Shown here: positions 11,478-22,068 of the stretch, piece by piece
How the letters are laid out: every line of letters starts with the position of its first letter
How positions within the stretch are numbered: position 1 is the stretch's first letter
DNA from: Azolla caroliniana
Taxonomy: Eukaryota > Plantae > Polypodiophyta
Assembly: GCA_043228905.1 (NCBI GenBank)
Contig: JBHGNT010000006.1
Location: 21,638,001 to 21,702,000 of the forward strand
Direction: 5' to 3'
Length of the DNA stretch: 64,000 bases
The notes under the pieces: generated by a model
What the model was told of the DNA's origin: nothing
What the model saw: the letters and a program-made list of their open reading frames with translations, nothing else
Database searches by the model: none
Made by a program: the position numbers and the translations under genes

Positions 11478-13455
11478 TCAAGAACTATCAACAAGTAGGA
11501 GATCTTGTCCTTTTCCGATCATGATCGATTCTCTTAGGGAATTACACCATGTTGCAAAAGAGGAATTCAAGTCGAGGAATTCTTTGACACTATCAGGAGA
11601 CTTCATATAATCCTTGAAGAACTTCTCTCTATCGAAGAGTGGCAATGTGTTTATCAATGCGATGAAATCACTATGCAATGAACAGAAATCAATAGTCAGA
11701 AACTTGGGCGCATGTGAAGGATAAATTGTTTGCATCACTGGTAGCCAAGTTGTGATGAGGGCAAGCCGTGACTGCCGCGGCAGAAGGACATACCCATTCT
11801 GAATAGCCTTCATCATGGATGTCAACAAGTAGATTAGCGCACCAAAACATTCTGTGCTCTTCCTATCAGATGACCAGATTTGTCCAAAACCAACTAGCAA
11901 AGAGGATAATGTATCATCCTTAGAAAATGCATCCATAACAATGTCCCCAACATGTAATGCTTTTAATGACGAGAACATCCAAGAGAGGGTTGAGATGGCT
12001 GACTTCACATCATTCCACATAACTTCTTTCCGATCCAGGTAAACATGCTTTGGGTCAAGGCTATGCTTAAACTTTTCTTTAACCAAATCCATGTTTGCAT
12101 TCCATACTTCTAAAACCATCGATTCTGGAATTGGCCTCGATGGGTCGATATTTTGATGTCGCGGAGCACAGGTACTCTTGACACCTTTATATGACTCTTG
12201 AAGCACGTGGAGGAGCATTCTTCTCATGATGAGAAGAGAACTTTCCATCGCAGAGTTCACATGGTTAGGGATGTTCATTCTTCTGGCAAGGTCAGGGTGA
12301 ACACGCGGAAGTTGCAATGAAGAGAGAACTGATTTGATCGAAGCTTCTTCCGATTGAGTCCATGAAGGCAACATTTCGAGATATTGCATACAAGCATCAA
12401 TACAGTCGTGGAAGAGAAGCTGGGCAGCAACCCGTAATATTTCAAGGGCATCTTGGACACCGGACAAAACCCAACATGTCGTGCGGACAAATTCGGCCTG
12501 TGGCACATACATCAGCTTCAAGCATTGTATATAAATATGAGGTGCTGAATCATCATACATCGTTATGTCTACTCTGTAATGTACATTGGATCCACAATTA
12601 GCTTTTTACATAATGACCATAATGTTAGCTAGCTACTCCGTACATAGCATCATATATAAATATGATGCTGCCGAATCATCATACATTGTTATGCCTACTC
12701 TGTAATGCATATTTGAACCACAATTCGCTTTTTACACAATGATCATAATGTTAGCTAGCCACCCTATACATAGCATCCAGGACATTACCGTTCCCTTCAC
12801 CATGGACATCAATTAGGAGAAAAAATTGAGGTGGACATTAAGAAATAGAATGTCAGGCAATGAAGAAACTAGCAAGGCGAAGATAAGTTACCATGAAAAA
12901 TTAATTGCTGAGACAATGGATCAGATAACCAAATGAAGAAGAAGAAGACCAAAAGAGACATCAAGAAAACTGGAAAAGCAAGGCAACTGCATACAAACGA
13001 GAGCTGCAAAAGTATATCAGAATAATGGCGAAATAAACAAGGCCATATATAACAAATCATGAACACGGAGATAAAGCATGAAACAGAAACATGACCTAGT
13101 TTGACAAAAATGAACCTGAAAGACAAACATGGAACCATGAACATGACAATGGATAGGAAAACATAAGCATGAACGATGAGAAGATAAACAGAAGACATTA
13201 AGGATGAAGCGAAGCATTCAAAAGATGGATCTATTTTTCTTCTTTTGTTTACCTCATTAGGGGTGCTGGTGATGGTGATGGTGATGGTGATGCCCATCGT
13301 TCCGAGAGAAGAATTGAAAAGAACTCTGAGCGATGCTGAAGAAGCTCTGAATGCACAAGAAACGTTTGAACCTCTGCAGAAGAAGAAGAAGAAGAAGGCA
13401 GAAGATGAACCATGAGGTCCCCTTCTCCTTCCATTTCAACCATAGGTTCAAACAT
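11478..13455 (-). CDS. Plant BTB/POZ domain protein, 2 exons, ~432 aa
   Basis: Exon 1 (13455-13253) reads ...TFLVHSELLQHRSEFFSILLSERW.... A phase-2 intron GTAAAC..TTACAG leads to exon 2 (12573-11478): YIQCLKLMY...VQDALEILRVAAQLLFHDCIDACMQYLEMLPSW...RLALITTWLP. Total 1299 nt, open. Confidence 0.85.
12529..12777. repeat. 126-bp tandem duplication spanning the BTB intron/exon-2 boundary
   Basis: ATATAAATATGA...AATCATCATACAT...ACTCTGTAATG...CCACAATT.GCTTTTTACA...TACATAGCATC occurs twice. Confidence 0.9.
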
Positions 13456-13719
13456 ACACTCTTCTGTCTCTTCCTTCTCCAATCCACCTCTTCTTCTTCC
13501 GTATCTATATATTGATGATTAGGAAACCCTAATCTTGGGTGAATTAGAAATGAAAAAAATTCCTTCCCTGACAGGAATAGAGCTTTCTGTTTTTTCTGAA
13601 ACTTCCATAAATCTAAGCTTTTCAAGGCGATTAAGAGGAGCCACAATGGGCTCCATGCTCTCTCTCTCTCTCACACACACACCCACATACACATGGATCA
13701 TCACATATGCTGCATGTGA

Positions 13720-14007
13720 TGTGTCTCCATGTATGTATGTATGTATGTAGGTAGGTAGGTAGGTATGATATGACTTATATGCATGCATGTATGTATGCTA
13801 TGTTATGATAAGTCATGTATGTACATATGTAGCCTTGTAGGTATGTAGGTAGGTTGGTATGTATGATATGTGACTTATATACATGCATATAAGTCATATC
13901 ATACATACATACATGGAGACTTATATGATATAGGTAGGTAGGTATGTATGGTATGACTTATATGCATGCATGTATGTATGCTATGTTATGATAAGTCATG
14001 TATGTAC

Positions 14008-14038
<31 letters not shown>

Positions 14039-14144
14039 TGTATGTATGTATGTATGCATATAGGATGTAAGTAGGTAGGTATGTATGGTATGACTTATAT
14101 GCATACATGCATGTATGCTATGTTATGATAAGTCATGTATGTAC

Positions 14145-14175
<31 letters not shown>

Positions 14176-14420
14176 TGTATGTATATAGGATGTAAGTAGG
14201 TAGGTATGTATGGTATGACTTATATGCATGCTGATATAGCCCTCCAAGTGCCTCAAACACCTCATGGGAATGAACAAGATGACCCATGTAGTAGTGTGCG
14301 CAAGCGTCATAAGTGAACCTAGGCTTGTCTTAGTCAATAGAGGGAGGCATACCATAAATTTCAAAACTCTTGAAAGCATGTATGCTATGTTATGATAAGT
14401 CATGTATGTATGTCTATATG
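13720..14420. repeat. Compound (ATGT)n/(AGGT)n microsatellite with ~120-bp higher-order units
   Basis: Runs of TATG/GTAG, with GCTATGTTATGATAAGTCATGTATGTA recurring at about 13797, 13980, 14117 and 14384. Confidence 0.9.
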
Positions 14421-14484
14421 CAACGTGTCTATTTGCACCTAAATAAAAAATAGGGTTGGCGACAATTTACAATATTTTGAACCT

Positions 14485-14650
14485 CTATGTGATTGGCGGG
14501 GGAAACAACCATTTTGGCAGCTGAAAATGCCAATAAGGAGTGCCATAATTGGATGTCAAGAATGGAGTAGCTGTCCAGATACTAAGAAATTGACTCCCTT
14601 GAGCAATTTTAGCATCAGAATCTCCAACTATACCATCCCATTGACCTTTT
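14485..14650 (-). mobile_element. LINE ORF2 C-terminal relic, distal half (continues at 38401-38915)
   Basis: Joining across the Copia insertion gives ...VYHIWKARCSLIFQ...IWLDIVHTLK|GQWDGIVGDSD...PKWLFPPPIT*. Confidence 0.6.
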
Positions 14651-14798
14651 TGTTGAGCGGCAAGCTCAACTGGAGCCGAATAGGCTGGATAAGCCTGAGA
14701 TGGTGAGCGAGACGGATCGGTAAGTCGGTGAGCAACCGAGCCGGCAAGCAACAGAGCCGGTGAGTTGGGGAGCCGGTTAGTCGGATCCAATCGGTAAC

Positions 14799-15340
14799 TA
14801 GGGATCGGCAATGGTTCGGTTTAGGCTTAGCCGGTTTGGCCTGATCCAAGCCAAACCGGCTAAGCCTAAACCGTTTACAGGATCTCAAACCTGAGCCGAG
14901 CCGAGCCGAGCCGGTTCACAAACCGGTTTAGGCTAAACCGGTTTATGCTAAACCGGTTTGTGAACCGGCTTGGTAAACGGCTTGTAAACCGGTTTCCAAA
15001 CTGGCTTGGAAACCGGTTTAGAAACCTCCGTCTCTCTCTCTCTCTCCCTACCTCCCTCTCTCTCTCAGATGATCCCTCCCACTCTCTCTCACATCTGTGG
15101 TCTCGACTCTCTCTCCCTCTCCCTCTCTCTCCCCTCTATGTAAATCCTCTCTCTCTCCCCTCTATGTAGTTCCTCTCTCTCTCTCTCTCTCTCTCACGTC
15201 TATGGTCTCGACTCTCCCTCCCTCTCTCTCTCTCTCCCCTCTATGTAGTTCATCTCTCTCTCTGTCTCCCCTCTATGTAGTCTCTCTCTCTCTCCCCTCT
15301 ATGTAGTTCCTCTCTCTCTCTCTCTCTCTCCCCTCTGTGT

Positions 15341-15380
<40 letters not shown>

Positions 15381-15819
15381 CTCTGTGTAGTCTCTCTGTC
15401 TCTCCCCTCGATGTAGTTCCTCTCTCTCTCTCTCTCTCTCCTTATATGTTGTCTCCCTCCCTCTCTCTCTCTCTCCTCGTTTGTGTAGTCTCTCTCTCTC
15501 TCTCTCTCCTTATATGTTGTCTCCCTCCCTCTGTCTCTCTCTCCTCGTCTATGTAGTTCTCCCTCCCTTTCTCTCTCTCTTTCCCCTTGTCTGTTGTCTC
15601 TCTCCCCCTCTCTAAAGTTTATAAACGGCTTAAACGGTTTATCCGGCTTAGCCGGCTTGAGCCGGTTTGGCGAGGCTCAAGCCAAGCCGAGCCGAGCTCA
15701 AACCGTTAAGGCAAGTTCAAGCCTAAACCGAGCCGAGCCGAGCTGCTAAGCCGTTAAGCCGTTTTCAAGCCGGCTAAGCCAAACGGTTTAGGCTTGAGCC
15801 GAGCCGTTGCCGATCCCTA
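14799..15819. mobile_element. Non-autonomous hAT element (MITE-like), 1021 bp, in the A1 5' LTR
   Basis: TIRs TAGGGATCGGCAA(T/C)GG and an exact 8-bp TSD TCGGTAAC. Subterminal AAACCGG/AAACGG/GAGCC repeats, (CT)n-rich core. Absent from the 3' LTR. Confidence 0.92.
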
Positions 15820-17504
15820 TCGGTAACCGGAAGCCTAGTATTAGTTTAGACTACTAGGCAGTTATAGTCTCGTAGTAAGTGTCAGATACTCGTGTGAGCA
15901 TTGAAGTATGCGGTACTTCTGTCAGTCCCACGAGGAGTTGTATAAATAGTGCTACTGAGCACAGCTGTAGAAATATATAGTGTTTTTATCGTTTTTGAAT
16001 ATAGCTTTTACGTTCTGCTCTTTCTGTCTCTCCCGTGTACTCTATGTATTCTCTGATTTCTCCGTTTTCTAACGCTTCCGGAAGTAATCGTTTACATGGT
16101 ATCAGAGCACGAGGGTTGAGAACCTCTACAACCGACAAACGCTTGAAAGCAAACCCTAACAGGTCGTAAGAACAGCAGACAGAGAAGTGATGGATAGAGG
16201 AATGACTAGCTCGCTCCTAGTGGAGAAACTCGATAGATCCAACTACGCATCTTGGTCGTACAAGATGCACTAGTACCTACTTGGGCATGGCTATTGGAGT
16301 TTCGTCGAAGGAACCAACGAAATAGCACCTGATGCGACACATAAGGATTTCCCAGTGTGGGAATAATCGGCAAGCAGAGTGATGTACTACTTCGCGTCCA
16401 GTGTCAAAGACCAGCTGCTGAGCCACATCCGAGACGCCAAGACACCGAAGGAGGCTTGGGGAAACCTGAAGAAGGTATTCGCAGTGAGCACTACAACCCA
16501 GAAGCTGCAACTCCGACAGGAGTTGAGCAATGTCCGACCATAGTTCCTAATATTCGCGTACGTCCAATTTATTGGACGTACGCGAACGTTTGCAAACGTA
16601 CGCGCATGATACGCGATATTCGTTTGCCATTTTTTTTAAATTTTTTGGTTTTTTTAAAAAAAATTTTGGGGTTTTTTTTTGGGTGTTTTTTTTGGGGGTT
16701 TTTTTCTGATGCGTGCACACTGCAGCGTTAACGAGAGTCGAGAGTGAACAGTGAGAGTCGAGAGTGAACAGTGAGAGTCGAGAGTGAACAGTCGAGAGTC
16801 GAGACTGAGCAGTGAGTCGAGAGTGAACAGTGAACAGTCGAGAGTCGAGAGTCGAGACTGAGTCTGAGTCTGATTTTCTGAGAGTCTGAGTCTGAGAGCT
16901 AGAACTTAGAAGCAGAGGCACACAGAGAGAGATTTCTCTCAGCAGCGCAGCAGCAGCCACGGCCCACAGGTATGTACTATGTACTCCCACCTTCCCATTC
17001 GTCTGGACTCTGCACTTACTGAGCAATATGCTGTCACGTAAATTGTAAATTGTAATATGTATTTGCTTGCATGGGCGCTTTCATTGTATTAATTGTCTGT
17101 TGTAAATTGTAATTGCACGGTCGTGCCATATTGATAATAAAATCTGTCTTTTCAATTGTCTCTTTGTGTTCTTGAATTGTAAATTTGTATGTGCATTCTC
17201 TGTATATTAGGCACTGCACTCGACATTAAACCTAATTAAGAAAAGTCTTCAATCAACCACACAAAGCTTTACTTCTGATTTATAGGGTTAATCACAATTA
17301 TAATTCCAAAAAACGTAAAAGCCCTATATGCCCATATGGAGGCTAATGCATTCGGTGATCATGCATTAGCCTTTATAATGTGGAAAACTATATGTAACTT
17401 GTAATTTTAGACTCTAGAGTGGTTGTCTTTAGATGTCTACTTCATTAAAGGAAGTCCTTAGCTAATGAATGCACATGTTTTTGTCTTTTCATCTCATCAT
17501 GAGT

Positions 17505-17770
17505 CCTGTGCAATATGCTGTGCAATTTCTCCGAAATTGAGCAATATGCTGTGCAATTTCTCCGAAATTGAGCACTATGTTGTGCAATTTCTCCGAAATT
17601 GAGCAATATGCTGTGCAATTTCTCCGAAATTGAGCAATATGTTGTGCAATTTCTTCTTCATTTTACACAATCTAAGTGCAATTTCTCCGAAATTGTGCAA
17701 TATGCTTTGCAATTTCTCCGAAACTGAGCAATATGCTGTGCAATTTCTTCTTCATTTTACACAATCTAAG
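17505..17770. repeat. 31-bp minisatellite inside the hAT element
   Basis: GCAATATGCTGTGCAATTTCTCCGAAATTGA repeated about 6-7 times with variants. Confidence 0.85.
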
Positions 17771-18356
17771 TGGAGTCGTGGACTGAGGTGAAAAACAAAA
17801 AAATGCAAAGATGTGTATATATTGTTTGATCAAGTTGTTTTAAATTTACAAGTGTGTATATATTCTCTTAAAATGTGCAAGATGGCTCACTAAATTTTAC
17901 AAACCATGAGGGAATGAAGTTTCCATTGTCTCAATTTTCAAAGCTATCTTCATTGCTTTTAAAAAATCATGTCATCTTTATTTCAAAGAAAGATCAAATA
18001 ATAAGGCATGCATACTTTGATGTGTACATCTTCCGCTTCGCCTTAAGCTTTGGCAAAAGATGTTTTTGTGTATGTACTATGGACAATTTGTTTGCAAATC
18101 TCCTTGGAAGGACATGTTTGCAATTATCATACCAAACAAATTTCACCTTGTTCAAATGTTTTAATATTTGCATTCCAAGGTGAGAGAATCATTCTAAACT
18201 TTGAGAAGGAAAAGCACTTCAAAAGGATTGTAGTTTTATTAAATCAATGTAATTGTAGTTTTCTAATGTTTTTTTTTATATATTCATATCAATGTGATTG
18301 TAGATTTATTAACTCACTTACTAAATTGTTGATTTATAAATCAATGTGATTGTAGT

Positions 18357-20417
18357 ATGGGCAAAGCAAAGAGCTTTTTATGGGACCACGTTATCGTCGT
18401 GAAGAGAAACGATAAAGGAATGCATATAAATGAATGCAAACATTGCAAGCACGTGTTTGCTGGTGGTCCACACCGAATCAAAGCCCATCTTTTGGGGCTA
18501 AAAGGACAAGGTGTGGATAAATGCCGCAAAGTCACTGGAGCAATAAAAGATGAGATAAAGAAATTGATATTGGATGTGGATGCTCATGAAAGTACTAATG
18601 CTAATGAAAATTCTATTGCAGAAAGTGAGAATAATGTCGATGTAAGTACATCTAATGCCAATGTTGTGCCACCTACTTGTGCATCTGTAGTTGACATGTC
18701 ATCTTCATCATGTAAGAAGAGGACAATGGAGAATACTAGTGGATCCTTACAAATCTCTTGGCAAAAAAGTTTGAATAAGAATGCCGATGAATCAGTGAGA
18801 AGATTCTTTTTTGTAGAGGATATTCCACATCTTAAGGTTGATAGTACCTTTTTTCATGATATGGTTCAAGCAATTGCAAAGGCTGGTCCGTCATATAAAC
18901 CACCAAGTTCTTTCCAATTGGGAAAGAGGCACTTAGATGAAGAAGTAAAAGTTGTTGAAGATAAACTTTCATGCATCAAAGAGAAATGGAAAATATATGG
19001 ATGCACTATAGTGAGTGATGGTTGGTCAGATACTAGAAGTAGACCAATAATTAATGTTCTAGCTTCATCAATGTTTGGTTCAGTGTTTTTGAGGTCGGTG
19101 GATACAAGTGGAGAATGTAAAACGGGGGAGTATATCTTTAATATTCTAAAAGCTACCATTCTTGAAATTGGCCCAACAAATGTTGTGCAAGTATGCATGG
19201 ATAATGCATCAAATTGTGTGGCAGCCGGACATATGATAGAGAAAGAGTGGCCCATGATATTTTTTACTCGATGCACATGTCATTGCCTTGATTTGTTGTT
19301 TGAGGATATAGGAAAATGTGCTTGGGTTAATGATGCTTTGAGATTAGGTATGAAGGTTACTACATTCATCACAAGAAAGCTATATGTGCTTGCAATGTTT
19401 CGCAAGTTTAGTAAAAAGGAATTGTTGAAGCCTTCTACTACAAGGTTTGCTTATAGTTTCATTGTGCTATCAAATTTGTTGGATGATAGAGTGTATAGTG
19501 GTTTAAGAAGAATGGTAGTTAGTGAAGAATGGTGCCAATGGAAGGGATCTAAAACTCAACATGCAGAAGAAGTAGTTTCGATAATATTGAATGCTTCCTT
19601 TTGGTCAAATGTAAAGATGATAGTGGAAATATGCTCACCAATTTTAAAAGTGTTGCGATTGGCGGATAGAGAAGGTGCAACAATGGGGTTGATATATGAA
19701 TGTACACGAAGAATGATAGAAGAAATAAATAAAATGCAAGGAATCAATAACATGTTGCTTGATGAAATTAGAGGATTATGCATGGATAGATGCAAAATGT
19801 TACATTCACCATTACATGCAATTGGATACCTCTTACATCCAATTTGGTGGGAAAATTCTCAAGTTTTTGATAATGTGGTGAATGCTAGTTGGATAGACAC
19901 CATTATGCGAAATGCAAATGGTGACATTAAGATGCAAGGTAATTTATTAGATGAGTATCATGCTTATAAAACTAAAGAGAAGGGTATTTTTCAACTTCCA
20001 CCTTCAAATGATCCTACTAGAATGAAAGATGGTGTTAAGTGGTGGGAATTATTTGGAGGAGAAACCCCAAATTTAAGTAAACTTGCAATACGAGTGCTTT
20101 CTCAAGGTACTTGTGCATCTCCATGTGAGAGAAATTGGAGTACCTTTTCATTGATACACACTAAGAGGAGAAATAGGTTGAGTCATGATCATATAGAGAA
20201 GCTAGTATACTTGCATACAAACCATCGTCTATTAAAGAAAGTCAAAGAAAGAGATTCATGCCGTATAGAAGTGACTTTGGATATGATTAATAAAGAAGAA
20301 GATGATGATAGGCTTTTGGTATTGCAAAGTCAACATGCAACTATGGTTAATGAGGATTTTGACGAAGATGATGATGATGGGCAAGATGTTAACTTTGACA
20401 ATGCACCTCAAGAGTAG
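18357..20417 (+). CDS. hAT transposase, 686 aa (BED finger, DUF659-type core, C-terminal dimerisation domain)
   Basis: CKHC..H..C finger, SDGW, MDNA, CTCH, WWELFG...LAIRVLSQ...ASPCERNWS...RRNRL. Uninterrupted ORF. Confidence 0.93.
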   Translation: MGKAKSFLWDHVIVVKRNDKGMHINECKHCKHVFAGGPHRIKAHLLGLKGQGVDKCRKVTGAIKDEIKKLILDVDAHESTNANENSIAESENNVDVSTSNANVVPPTCASVVDMSSSSCKKRTMENTSGSLQISWQKSLNKNADESVRRFFFVEDIPHLKVDSTFFHDMVQAIAKAGPSYKPPSSFQLGKRHLDEEVKVVEDKLSCIKEKWKIYGCTIVSDGWSDTRSRPIINVLASSMFGSVFLRSVDTSGECKTGEYIFNILKATILEIGPTNVVQVCMDNASNCVAAGHMIEKEWPMIFFTRCTCHCLDLLFEDIGKCAWVNDALRLGMKVTTFITRKLYVLAMFRKFSKKELLKPSTTRFAYSFIVLSNLLDDRVYSGLRRMVVSEEWCQWKGSKTQHAEEVVSIILNASFWSNVKMIVEICSPILKVLRLADREGATMGLIYECTRRMIEEINKMQGINNMLLDEIRGLCMDRCKMLHSPLHAIGYLLHPIWWENSQVFDNVVNASWIDTIMRNANGDIKMQGNLLDEYHAYKTKEKGIFQLPPSNDPTRMKDGVKWWELFGGETPNLSKLAIRVLSQGTCASPCERNWSTFSLIHTKRRNRLSHDHIEKLVYLHTNHRLLKKVKERDSCRIEVTLDMINKEEDDDRLLVLQSQHATMVNEDFDEDDDDGQDVNFDNAPQE

Positions 20418-22068
20418 AGAGGCGTGGATTAACAATTAGTACTATAAATTTAGAGGTTAGAGCTACTTTCTAGGTTAATGTTCATGTTTGAAGTTTTGAA
20501 CTTTGGATAAATTTTGGTTCATGTTTAGAACTTTGGATGCTATTTTGTTAGTTTTCAATGAATTTAAGGTCTTGATTTTTGTCTATAAAAATCTTGATTA
20601 TTTTCTATTTTTCATATTTTTTAAAAAAAATTTAGAGTAATAAAAATAAATATAAATATAAATATAGACGAATGGATTCCAATCATACTTGGAACCATTT
20701 CACGTATGAGTATGATACGAATATTCACGTATGAGTATGACACGTTTGAGACGTATGGCTAGAACTATGTGTCCGACAGAAGGACATGTCGGTGGCGGAT
20801 TACACGGCCCGGATCAAAGAGATCTGTGACTCGCTTGCCTCTATCAATGTTACCGTAGAGGAAGACGAGATGGTACAGGTCTATCTTGGGGGCTTGGTGT
20901 CTAAGTTCAGAGCGTTCCGAACGGCGGTTTGTACGAGGGAGAATACGCCGTCACTCCTTGTAGAGGAGAACCACGCTGGTGCGTCAACTAGCGCACCCAT
21001 TGAAAACCGAATGTTGTACACGGAAGCGGATCGGTCCCGTGGGTGTGGTGGAAGAGGCGGGTCGGCACACAATGGAAGCGGCCGGCAAGACTTGGAACAA
21101 AGGCACAGAGAATGTGCTGACAACAGTTCCGGACCCTCCGGGAGCAGGGGGAGTCATGGCGACATCGGAAGATGGCAAGAGAAAACTGCAACGGAATGTT
21201 GGTACTGTGGCAAAAAGGGCCATAGAGAAAGCGAGTGCTGGAGAAAACGTGTCGATTCAGACAAATCCGGATCCGGCAAGGCCGACAAGGATGGCTGGCA
21301 AAGCTCGCACTACGCGAAGGGATCGGGAGGATCCAAGAACAGTAACGGGCCAGCCTGGGTGATGAAGCACGAGGCGAACTCGATGAAGAAGACCACTTCC
21401 AATGGGAATCGACGTTTCGATTCTCCTTCGTCTCTTCGGCCACAACCGAGTAAGCGCGAATCAATGCAGCAGAAAAATAGGAAACCACAGAGAAAGACAC
21501 GATACACAGGGATTAACGTGGAAAACCCTAAACGGGAAAAACCACGGGAGTACAAGACTCCAAACCACTATACACAGAGAAGTATACAATGGCGAGCTAC
21601 AAGGCGACGACCTTGAGCTCACTGTCTTCGCCACAGGCGGCGGTAATACACAGAGGCGTCGACCTCTTCCTTTCTCTCTCTCTCTCTCTCTCGGCTGCTC
21701 TCACTTCGCTCCCTCTAAGTGGAAAAACAGAAAATGAGCAACAACTTACAGCAGCAATAAACAGTTTGCCCTAAGTCATATTTATACACATATGACTTTC
21801 GGGCTATTTACAAATATAGCCTCAAGGGCCCTTGGCAAACATATTCACAAATATGTCCCCGCATCCGGATCTCTCTCTCCGGGTACATTCGTCATCCGGC
21901 TCCGTAACCGGGATCTTCATCATCCGGCTCCGTAACCGGGGTCTTCATCATCCGGCTCTGTAGCCGGGTACTCTTCATCCTCCGGTTCCGTAACCGCAAC
22001 CGGGCTTGCCGTCATCCATCTCCGGACATCCCATCCGGAGGGACCGTAAATCCCAACAAACTCCCCCT

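Larger units (their letters stand above)
16539..20769 (+). mobile_element. Autonomous-type hAT DNA transposon, 4231 bp, inserted in A1 gag
   Basis: TIRs CATAGTTC../..GAACTATG, exact 8-bp TSD TGTCCGAC, ACGTA-type subterminal repeats, intact transposase ORF. Confidence 0.93.

Noticed and set aside
13257-13646. ORF ending in a poly-His run, and hydrophobic ORF 12869-13297
   Set aside because: These are alternative frames of the (TCACCA)n Ser-Pro repeat and of T-rich intron sequence in the BTB gene.
14231-14377. Unique ~145-bp island inside the ATGT microsatellite
   Set aside because: It has no convincing TIRs or identifiable origin, and the flanking GCATG match is expected by chance in this repeat.
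14945-15306. Leu/Ser/Pro-rich ORFs
   Set aside because: They are translations of the (CT)n core of the MITE.
17505-17770. Regular 31-bp repeats resembling a CRISPR array
   Set aside because: The repeats are contiguous with no unique spacers, there are no cas genes, and the context is a eukaryotic transposon.
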